Of a DNA stretch of 64,000 bases, positions 1 through 7,855 are shown one piece after another (the first letter of the stretch is position 1; each line of letters opens with the position of its first letter). The notes beneath the pieces were generated by a model. It was not told the origin of the DNA. It saw nothing but the letters and a program-made list of their open reading frames with translations, and did no database searches. The translations under genes were made by a program, and so were the position numbers. This stretch comes from Dehalococcoidia bacterium (GTDB taxonomy: Bacteria > Chloroflexota > Dehalococcoidia > UBA2979). The stretch spans positions 512,001 to 576,000 of the forward strand of contig OZ244720.1 in NCBI GenBank assembly GCA_965219085.1, written 5' to 3'.

Positions 1-528
1 CGCGCCCTCGCGCGCGAGCCCGCGCACGAAGCCGATCGCCGCCTCCTTCGAGGTGCCGTAGTTGACCAGCCCGAGGCGGCCCGTCTCGCCGACGATCGAG
101 GCGATGCAGACCACGTGCCCGCCGCCGGCCTCGCCCATCGCCCGCCAGACCGGGCTCGTCACGTTGTAGAGCCCGTTGACGTTGGTATCGATGACCGTGT
201 GCCACTCCTCGGGCGTCATGCGCGCGACCGTGCGGTCGGCGGTGGTGCCGGCGTTGTTGATCAGCACGCGCACCGGCCCCAGGTCGTTCACGACCGCGTC
301 GACCATCGCCTGGCACTGCTCGAGGTCGGAGACGTCGGCCTGGTAGGCGCGCGCCGTGCCGCCCGCGCCCTCGATCTCGCCGACGACCCCCGCGGCGGCT
401 TCGGCGTTGGCGACGTAGTTGACGGCGACCGCGGCGCCCTGGCCCGCGAGTTCGAGCGCGATCGCGCGCCCGATGCCCCTCGATCCGCCCGTTACCAGTG
501 CGACCTGTCCGTCCAGCGCTCCAGCCAT
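1..528 (-). CDS. SDR family oxidoreductase (3-oxoacyl-ACP/acetoacetyl-CoA reductase-like), 3' end outside window
   Basis: Manual translation from ATG at 528: MAGALDGQVALVTGGSRGIGRAIA (TGxxxGIG), LINNAG, NYGTSK (YxxxK); GGAGG RBS upstream. Confidence 0.9.
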   Translation of the reverse strand, partial: MAGALDGQVALVTGGSRGIGRAIALELAGQGAAVAVNYVANAEAAAGVVGEIEGAGGTARAYQADVSDLEQCQAMVDAVVNDLGPVRVLINNAGTTADRTVARMTPEEWHTVIDTNVNGLYNVTSPVWRAMGEAGGGHVVCIASIVGETGRLGLVNYGTSKEAAIGFVRGLAREGA

Positions 529-766
529 GTGTTGCCCTCCTCGGTGTCGTGTTGCGTTGCCGCGCGCACCGTACCGCACCGGGGCCGCTGGCGGGGAGTG
601 GGGAGGGCCGCCACCACCTGACGACGCGAGGCCGTATCCTGCGTGCACGGCCCGGGACCGATGCCCGTTCCGGACCGGCCTCCGAGCGCCCGGCGTGCGT
701 CCCGTTGCGCGAAGGCCGCCCCTGGGGCCGCGCGACCGCCCGCGGCGGCGGTGAGTTGGAGCCTGC

Positions 767-2203
767 ATGCTCTCCCGCTCGTTCGTCGTGCTGTGGATTG
801 CGATGGCCGTTGCGGTCATGGGCATCGCCATGGTCTCGCCGTTGCTCCCCGTGTTCGTACGCGAGGAGCTGCACGGCCCCGAGTTTGCCGTAGCGCTCTC
901 GTTCTCGGCGATCGCGATCAGCCAGATCGCCACGTCGCCATTCGTGGGGCGGTTCGCCGACAAGTTCGGGCCGAAGCCGTTCATCGTGCTCGGCTTCTTC
1001 ATCTACGCCGCGGGCGGCGTCGGCTTCATCTTCGCGCAGACGTGGGAGATGGTGATCGTCTTCCGCGTCGTCTCCGGTGTCGGCGCCGCCTCCATGTTCC
1101 CGACGACGATGGCATACGTCGGCCGGCTCGCTCCGCCTGGGTTCGAGGGCCGCTACATGGGCGCGTTCTCGATCTCGTGGATCGCGGGGTTTGGCATCGG
1201 GCCGCTGTTTGGTGGCACCATTCGCGACTTCGTCTCCTCGGACGCCGCGTTCGCGACGATGTCATTCATGCTCTTCGCGGTCGGCGTGGCGGTGTTCCTG
1301 CTGCTGCCCAAGGGCCGGCCCGGTGCCGGCTCCGGGCGCGAGGACGACGAGGAGGTCCTCGAGCCGGGACTGCCGATGATCGAGGTGCTCAAGCGCCCGA
1401 TCGTCCACGCGGCCATCGGTGGGCACATGGTCGTCTCGCTCGGGTGGGGCGCGGGCTTCACGTTCATCGCCGTCTACGTGGTGAGCGACGATGGCCTCGC
1501 GACGGGCAGCGCGACGTTCGCCGGCGTGCTGCTGGCCTCGCGGGCGCTGCTGACGGCGACGGCGCAACTCGTGACGGGGCCGCTCGCCGACAAGATGGAC
1601 CGCGTATTCCTGTCCGTGCTCGGCTTCGGGATCGCGGGAACCGCGCAGTTCTTCGTGCCGGACATACCCGGCGTCAGCGCCACGATCGGGATATTCGGCG
1701 GCGAACTCGTGATTGTGCCCTGGCTGCTGCTGCTCTTCGTCTTCGTGGGACTGGGCGAGGCCATCGAGTTCCCCGCGCAGCAGGCGATCTTCGTCGACGC
1801 CGGCCGCACGGTGGGTATGGGCACGATCATGGGCATCATCCAGACCGCGGGCGGGTTCGGCTTCCTCGCCGGGTCGATGTTCGGTGCGCTTGTCGTGAGC
1901 ATATGGGGGCTCGACGCGGTGTTCCGCTACGCGGGCCTCGCGATGTTCCTCGGCGGCTTCGGTTTCTGGCTGCTCATGCGGCGCGCCAAGCGCGACTTCG
2001 CGATGCTGGACGCGGCCGCCGCGGCCGACCTGCGCACGCGTTTCACGGCCAACAGGCTCGATGGCGCTCGTGCGCTGACCGGCGGCAACGGCGCGCAGCC
2101 CGACGGCGTGCAGCCCGATGGCGTCACGCACCGCGGCATGGCCGACACGCTCCAGGTGGATCGGCCACGGCAACCCGCGGTGGCGGCTGTCGACGGCGAC
2201 TGA
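767..2203 (+). CDS. MFS transporter (DHA1-like) with extended C-terminal tail
   Basis: About 12 hydrophobic segments; motif A GRFADKFGPK; tail contains VTHRGMADT. Confidence 0.9.
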   Translation: MLSRSFVVLWIAMAVAVMGIAMVSPLLPVFVREELHGPEFAVALSFSAIAISQIATSPFVGRFADKFGPKPFIVLGFFIYAAGGVGFIFAQTWEMVIVFRVVSGVGAASMFPTTMAYVGRLAPPGFEGRYMGAFSISWIAGFGIGPLFGGTIRDFVSSDAAFATMSFMLFAVGVAVFLLLPKGRPGAGSGREDDEEVLEPGLPMIEVLKRPIVHAAIGGHMVVSLGWGAGFTFIAVYVVSDDGLATGSATFAGVLLASRALLTATAQLVTGPLADKMDRVFLSVLGFGIAGTAQFFVPDIPGVSATIGIFGGELVIVPWLLLLFVFVGLGEAIEFPAQQAIFVDAGRTVGMGTIMGIIQTAGGFGFLAGSMFGALVVSIWGLDAVFRYAGLAMFLGGFGFWLLMRRAKRDFAMLDAAAAADLRTRFTANRLDGARALTGGNGAQPDGVQPDGVTHRGMADTLQVDRPRQPAVAAVDGD

Positions 2204-2258
2204 GTCGCGTTCTGGCCGCGAGGTGCGCGTTAGCGCCATCCCTTGTCACACTGTCGGC

Positions 2259-3227
2259 GTGATCGGGATCGTACTCGCCAGCGACCAGGGTCTCCTGCAC
2301 GTCCTCCCCGGTGCGGACGCGGAGATGGCGCTGCCCGGCGTGCGCTGCACCTCGCTCGACTACCGCGACGGCGTCGCGATTGCAGCGGCGCCGGAGCGCG
2401 GCGTGTGGATGAACGACGGCGGCGGCTGGGAGCGGGTGTGGGAGGGCAATGCCCACGCCGTGCGCCTCGCCGGCGACGGGGTGTGCTACGCGGCCGAGAC
2501 GCCGCCGCGCCTGCACCGCTCGCGCGACGGCGGCGAGACGTGGGCCGAGCTGCCGAACGTGCCGAGCATCGTGCGGGCCCACAACGCGCGCCGTCCGGGC
2601 GCGCCCCGCAGCGAGGTCGAGATCGTCGGCATCGCGTTCCCGCAGGGGCAGCTACTGCTCGGGATGCGCGGCATGGGCACGTGGCTGTCGCGCGACGGGG
2701 GCCAGTCGTGGATGCGCGGCGATCAAATCGAGCTGTCCGCCCGCTCCGAGCCGCTGCAGGCGGTGGCCCTGGGGGAACACCTCAACGGCATCTGGGACCA
2801 CCAGGAGCGTAACGACCGCCTCTACGCGGCGTCGCGGCGCGGCTTCTTCCGCTCCGATGATGGTGGCTTCACGTGGCAGCGCACCCAGCAGGGCCTCGAC
2901 CGCTTCAACGCAAATGGTGTCGCGGTGCTCCCAGGCACGCCCGACGCGCTGCTGCTCTCGATCGCGTCGAGGGGTGTCGATGCGGAGGACGGGGCCGACG
3001 CGGCGCTGTTCCGCTCGGTCAACGGCGGCCTGATGTGGGATCGGGTGACGCTCGGCGACGAGGACGTGTGGCCACGGCCGCCCCTCGTGAGCGCCGTCAC
3101 CGGCGGCATGGACATGCTGTTCGCGCACGCCGGCGCGAGCATCTGGGCATCGCACGACCGGGGCGCGCGCTGGCTCCCCATCGCCGACGGGCTGCCGCCG
3201 GCGATCGCGATGGTGGCCGCGCTGTAG
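2259..3227 (+). CDS. BNR/Asp-box repeat beta-propeller protein (WD40/YVTN-like)
   Basis: Repeated Asp-boxes SRDGGETW, SRDGGQSW, SDDGGFTW, SVNGGLMW, SHDRGARW; GTG start 6 nt after a CACACT -10-like hexamer. Confidence 0.8.
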   Translation: MIGIVLASDQGLLHVLPGADAEMALPGVRCTSLDYRDGVAIAAAPERGVWMNDGGGWERVWEGNAHAVRLAGDGVCYAAETPPRLHRSRDGGETWAELPNVPSIVRAHNARRPGAPRSEVEIVGIAFPQGQLLLGMRGMGTWLSRDGGQSWMRGDQIELSARSEPLQAVALGEHLNGIWDHQERNDRLYAASRRGFFRSDDGGFTWQRTQQGLDRFNANGVAVLPGTPDALLLSIASRGVDAEDGADAALFRSVNGGLMWDRVTLGDEDVWPRPPLVSAVTGGMDMLFAHAGASIWASHDRGARWLPIADGLPPAIAMVAAL

Positions 3228-3336
3228 GAGCGTGCAACCCTGGACGGTTCCCCTTACTCTGTCCACGCTGCTCCCACGGTAGCTCCCGCCCGTCGCCGAT
3301 CCCACGGCGATCGGACGGAAGGTTGGCGATGCCCTC

Positions 3337-3681
3337 ATGACTGCATTCAACGACGCGACTGCGACAAAGGGCGACCTCCGAGAACTGGAGGCGCGGCTGG
3401 AGTCGCAGACGAAGACCGGCCTCCGGGAACTGGAGGCGCGGTTGGACTCGCAGACAAAGGCGGACCTCCGCGAACTGGAGGTCCGCCTCGAGTCTCAGAC
3501 CAGGGCGGACCTCCGCGACTCGGAGGCACGCCTTGAGTCTCATTTCCGGGACATGTTCGCGACGAAGGCCGATCTCTTCCAGATGGAGACTCGCATTACG
3601 CGCTGGGTGGTGGGTGCGGTCATGGGAAGCATCGGCGCTGCTACGGCGATTGCCTTCGCGCTTGCCCGCTTCGTCTCCTGA
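3337..3681 (+). CDS. DUF1640/CCDC90-like coiled-coil protein with C-terminal membrane anchor
   Basis: ATKGDL/TKADL motifs, 15-aa repeats, C-terminal hydrophobic helix WVVGAVMGSIGAATAIAFALARF. Confidence 0.75.
   Translation: MTAFNDATATKGDLRELEARLESQTKTGLRELEARLDSQTKADLRELEVRLESQTRADLRDSEARLESHFRDMFATKADLFQMETRITRWVVGAVMGSIGAATAIAFALARFVS
3364..3543 (+). repeat. Four in-frame 45-bp tandem repeats (15-aa unit TKADLRELEARLESQ)
   Basis: Units start at 3364, 3409, 3454 and 3499. Confidence 0.9.
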
Positions 3682-3687
3682 CGGGCC

Positions 3688-4620
3688 CTACCCGCGCCCG
3701 CCCTCGAGGAACGTGCGCGGCGCCTCGATCAGCATCGCCTCGATGTCGGACGCCGGGATGCCTGCGTCGGTCAGCTTCGGGCGCAGCTCGTTCGCGATGT
3801 ACGTGAAGTCGCTCGGCGAGTCGTGCGCGCCGTGGCGGCGGAACGAGTTCTGCTCCGGCGCGTAGTCGTGCGCGAGCATGATGTGGTCCGCGCGCCCCTC
3901 GGCGCAGAGCGTGGCGATTGCCGCGATCACCTCGGACTCGATCTCCGGCCGCCAGCGGAAGTGGTCGATGGAGAGGTAGTGCCCCGCCTCGAGCACCTCC
4001 CGCAGGTACTCGACGTCGCCGGTGAAGGAGTGGCCGATGGCGACGAGGTGCGGCGCGACGCCGGTGTCGGCGAAGACGCGCATCTGCTCGCGGCCGATGG
4101 TGTACGGCCCGGTGTGGGTGGTGACGGGGACACCCGTGCGCGTTGCCGCCTCCGCGGCGCCGCGGAGGATGCGCTCCTCCTCGTTGCCGATGCCCGGCGG
4201 GTCGCTGTTCGCGACCTTGATCACGCCCGCGCGGATATCGGTGCCGCCGACGCCGACCTCGATCTCGTGCTGGAAGATGTCGGCGTACTCCACGGCGGTG
4301 GCCGTGCTCAGCGCGCGCGGGTGGTCGAGCCAGATGCCCGTGGCGACGACAACGTTGACGCCCGAGCGCTCCGAGACCGTGCGCATGAGCTCGGGCTGAC
4401 GGCCGAGGTCGGGCGTGGTCACGTCGACGATCGTGCGCACGCCGGCCTCTCGCGCCTCGATGAGTTCGGCGGTGACGTGGTCCAACTCGGCCTCGGTGTC
4501 GAAGAGCCACGGGTAGAACTCGCGCAGGCCCGCCGAGGAGACGAAGAGGTGCTCGTGCCCGTGCGTCAGGCCAAGCTGATCGCCGGGCACCGGCCCGAGC
4601 GCCGTCTGGACATCGACCAT
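3688..4620 (-). CDS. Phosphotriesterase-related protein (amidohydrolase, PTE family)
   Basis: MVDVQTALGPV...LTHGHEHL, DVTTPDLGR, AGVIKVA, TTHT, AIGH, LAHDY; GGAGG RBS before ATG 4620. Confidence 0.9.
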   Translation of the reverse strand: MVDVQTALGPVPGDQLGLTHGHEHLFVSSAGLREFYPWLFDTEAELDHVTAELIEAREAGVRTIVDVTTPDLGRQPELMRTVSERSGVNVVVATGIWLDHPRALSTATAVEYADIFQHEIEVGVGGTDIRAGVIKVANSDPPGIGNEEERILRGAAEAATRTGVPVTTHTGPYTIGREQMRVFADTGVAPHLVAIGHSFTGDVEYLREVLEAGHYLSIDHFRWRPEIESEVIAAIATLCAEGRADHIMLAHDYAPEQNSFRRHGAHDSPSDFTYIANELRPKLTDAGIPASDIEAMLIEAPRTFLEGGRG

Positions 4621-4634
4621 CGCTGCCTCCTGAG

Positions 4635-6086
4635 CTACGCGCCGGAATCCGCCATGCCTGCATGCGTGAGTCGAGCGCGCCCGGCTGCCCCGGGCGCTCC
4701 GGGCGCACCGTCGAGCGAGGAGGGCGCGGATGGCGTCGACGCTGCTGCGGCCAGGGCCGCAACCGCTGCGGGAGCGGGGGCCGTGGGAGACGCGGGGACC
4801 GCCACGGGGCCGAGCGCCCTCGCGGCCTCGATCTCGTTCCAGATCGGCCGCCGCACGAGCACGACGAAGATGGCGCCGGACGCCGCGACGAAGGCGTAGA
4901 TGGTGAAGATTCCCTGGTACGTGCCCGTTTGGTCGAACACGAAGCCCGCCAGGACCGGGGCGACGATGGTGACGGGCGTCTGGAAACTGCTCGCCAGCCC
5001 TCGCAGTGTCGCGAAGCGCAGCGTGCCGAAGTAGTCGGCGATGAGCGTCATCTGCACCACGAGCCACGCGGCGTGCCCGAAGCCGAACGCGGCGTAGTAA
5101 AACGGGATGAGCCACAGCCGGCCCGGCTCGAGCTGCACGAACATCAGCATCCCGATGCCCTGGAGCAGGAAGCCGAGCGCGTAGACGCGTCGCCGCCCGA
5201 GCGCGTCGGCGATCCAGCCGGCGAAGATTCGTAGCAAGACCTGGAACGCGCCGTAGAACGCGACGACGAGCGCCGCGCTGCCGGTCGAGAACCCCGCGTG
5301 CTCCAGGTGCGGCACCTGGAGCACGACCCACGCGACGATCGCGAACGTGCCGCAGGCGTTGGCCAGCGCGAGCAGGTAGAAGGCCGGGATCCGCAGCCCG
5401 CCGCCCACCGTGAACCCGGTGAGTGTCGGCATCGCGATCGGTGCGCCCGAGGGCTCCTCGGGCGCTTCGCCGTCCGGCAGGTAGCCGTAGGGTTGCGGCC
5501 GGTTGCGCAGCAGCAGCGCGAGCGGCACGCCGAGCGTGAAGACGATCGCGGCCGCGATCAGGAGCGTCTCGCGCCAGCCGAACCAGCTCACGAACAGCGC
5601 GACGACCGGGACGACGAAGTAGCCCGCGCCGTTGCCCGCGTTGAGCACGCCCATCGCGCGGGCGCGCTTGCGATCGAACCAGTTCATGACGGCGGCGGAG
5701 AACGCCATCAGCGAGCCGATGCTGTTGCCCGTCGCCATGAGCAAGCTGGCAAGGTAGTAGACCTCGAGCGAGCGCGCCTGCGAGAAGAGCACCAGCCCGC
5801 CGCTGAGCACGATCACCCCGGCGACGGCCATCTTGCGCGGGCCCAGCTTGTCGAGCATGAAGCCGGAGATGGGCGCCACCAGTCCCTGCTCGAGGCTCCC
5901 CAGGGAGAAGCCGAGCGAGATCGCGGCGATGCTCCAGCCCAGCTCGTCCCGCATCGGGCCGATGAAGACGCCGAAGCCGAAGACGGCGATGCCGATGGTG
6001 ACGAAGTTGCTGAGGGCGCCGCCGTAGGCGATGTACCAGCCGTAGAAGAAACGTTGGCGCGGTCGGGCCGCTGCGGCGTTGGTCAT
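4635..6086 (-). CDS. MFS transporter (OFA/MCT-like) with C-terminal tail
   Basis: FFYGWYI N-terminus, GFMLDKLGPR, NWFDRKRARA, ADYFG; tail ends LTHAGMADSGA. Confidence 0.9.
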   Translation of the reverse strand: MTNAAAARPRQRFFYGWYIAYGGALSNFVTIGIAVFGFGVFIGPMRDELGWSIAAISLGFSLGSLEQGLVAPISGFMLDKLGPRKMAVAGVIVLSGGLVLFSQARSLEVYYLASLLMATGNSIGSLMAFSAAVMNWFDRKRARAMGVLNAGNGAGYFVVPVVALFVSWFGWRETLLIAAAIVFTLGVPLALLLRNRPQPYGYLPDGEAPEEPSGAPIAMPTLTGFTVGGGLRIPAFYLLALANACGTFAIVAWVVLQVPHLEHAGFSTGSAALVVAFYGAFQVLLRIFAGWIADALGRRRVYALGFLLQGIGMLMFVQLEPGRLWLIPFYYAAFGFGHAAWLVVQMTLIADYFGTLRFATLRGLASSFQTPVTIVAPVLAGFVFDQTGTYQGIFTIYAFVAASGAIFVVLVRRPIWNEIEAARALGPVAVPASPTAPAPAAVAALAAAASTPSAPSSLDGAPGAPGAAGRARLTHAGMADSGA

Positions 6087-6161
6087 CGGCTCTCCCTGAC
6101 GCGCGCCGTGCGCACGGCGCGCGCGCGGCCTGCGCCGAGTATAGGCGGGTCGCGAGGAGCG

Positions 6162-7664
6162 TTAGCGCTGTTGGGCCGGAACGGTGGGATTCTGGCCCAC
6201 GGGGGGGGCGTCGCCGCCGTTCGCCGATGCGGGGACAGGCCAGGCGCTCTCGCGCCACTGGACGGTCTCGGCCATGCCGGCGTGGGTGACGCCGTTCGCG
6301 TACGCGCCGTTGGCGCCGTTGGCGCCGGCGCCGTTGGTGGCAAGGGCGGCCAGCCCGTGCGGGGCGACGGGTACGGGCATCGGCGCCGCGGCCGCCGACT
6401 CGGGGAGCTCGGGCTTCTTCGCGAAGGCGAAGAAGACTCCGCCCGACAGCGCGAGGATCGCGAGGATGATGAAGCCGCGCTGGTAGGAGCCTGTGAGGTC
6501 GTAGGAGATGCCTGCCACGACTGGGCCGATGATCATGCCGGCCATCATCACCATCGACGAGAAGCCCATGATCTTGCCGAAGGACTGGCGCCCGAAGTAG
6601 TCGGCGCGCATCGCCTGGATGAGTGGACCGCGGGTGCCCATCGCAAGCCCGTTGATGACCACGAACCCGATGACCATCACGACGTTGAACGAGAACGCCA
6701 GCAACAGCATCGCAACCGTGTGCCCGCACATCGCGATGATGATGACCATACGCTTGTTGAGGCGATCTCCAAGGATGCCGCCGATGACGACCTGACCGAT
6801 GACCATAAAGGCGGTCATGAGCGCTGACATCAGCCCGAAGAACGCGAGCGAATACCCGAGGCCCAGCGTGAGGTGCGACGCGAAGTACACCATCACCGCG
6901 CCGATCACGAGCAGCGAAGAACTGTGGCCCAGCGCGATCAGCCAGAAGGCGCTGGTGCGCAACGCCTGGGTGGTGGTGAAGTTCACCTCAGGCGGTTGCT
7001 CGTCCCCGTGGCCGGGCAAGTCGCCGTCCGGGAGCATGCCGTGGTCCTCAGGACGGTGCCGTACGATCGCCGCGAGCGGGAGGCCAATGACGAGGACGAA
7101 GATGCCCGAGGCGGCTGCCATGCCGCGCCAGCCGAGACTCTCCAGTAAGGCAACGACGCCGGGTTGCACCAGGCCACCAGCGGCGAACCCGAGCGAGACC
7201 AACGCCAGCGCGAGCGCGCGCCGCTTGTTGAACCAATTAACAACCGCGACGGTAACCGGTAAGAACGAGCCGAGCACCGAACCGAGGGCGATCAACAGGT
7301 ACGCCAGGTAGAACGTCAGGATCGAGTTGATCTGGCTCAGCGCCAGGAACCCCAGCGCGAAGATCACGAGGCCCACCATCATCACCCTGCGCGGCCCGAA
7401 GCGGTCGATCGCCCAGCCCTCGATGGGACCGAGCAAGCCGCTCTCGACGCGCTGCAGGGCGAAGGCCAGGCCGAAGGTGGCTTGGCTCCAGCCGAAATCC
7501 TCCTCGAGCAGCACCACGTAGGCACCGAACGAGTGGAAGACAAGAGCCCCGTTGAAGGTGTTCACGATGAACCCGGAGCCGACGATCCACCAGCCGAAGA
7601 AGATGCGCGAGCCGCGCTCAGTCACGGCCTGCTGCTGCTCGCGGAAGTTCGTCATCGCCGTCAT
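6162..7664 (-). CDS. MFS transporter (OFA/MCT-like) with C-terminal tail
   Basis: IFFGWWIV, GWAIDRFGPRR, NWFNKRRA, ADYFGR; start at 7664 or 7655; tail contains VTHAGMAET. Confidence 0.9.
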   Translation of the reverse strand: MTAMTNFREQQQAVTERGSRIFFGWWIVGSGFIVNTFNGALVFHSFGAYVVLLEEDFGWSQATFGLAFALQRVESGLLGPIEGWAIDRFGPRRVMMVGLVIFALGFLALSQINSILTFYLAYLLIALGSVLGSFLPVTVAVVNWFNKRRALALALVSLGFAAGGLVQPGVVALLESLGWRGMAAASGIFVLVIGLPLAAIVRHRPEDHGMLPDGDLPGHGDEQPPEVNFTTTQALRTSAFWLIALGHSSSLLVIGAVMVYFASHLTLGLGYSLAFFGLMSALMTAFMVIGQVVIGGILGDRLNKRMVIIIAMCGHTVAMLLLAFSFNVVMVIGFVVINGLAMGTRGPLIQAMRADYFGRQSFGKIMGFSSMVMMAGMIIGPVVAGISYDLTGSYQRGFIILAILALSGGVFFAFAKKPELPESAAAAPMPVPVAPHGLAALATNGAGANGANGAYANGVTHAGMAETVQWRESAWPVPASANGGDAPPVGQNPTVPAQQR

Positions 7665-7855
7665 GGCTGCGGTAGGTTCCTCGTCACGCCGGGTGCGGCG
7701 AAGCGCACGGATCGGTGCTGCCGGATCATCACCCCGCCACGTGATGGGCACGGGACACGAAGGTGCGTTCGGCACCCGAGAAGCTAAGCATGCGCGAGCA
7801 GGAGTGCGGTGTCCAGCACCTCACGTGAGGGGAAGCGATTCTCCGCCCAGGATCG

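Noticed and set aside
3364-3543. 45-bp periodic repeat as a CRISPR or non-coding array
   Set aside because: There are no unique spacers, and the repeats are in-frame coding units with synonymous variation.
3688-6729. 1013-aa ORF suggesting a large fusion protein
   Set aside because: Only the last 310 aa (from ATG 4620, with RBS) are a PTE; the rest is an Arg-rich off-frame read of two MFS genes, typical of high-GC DNA.
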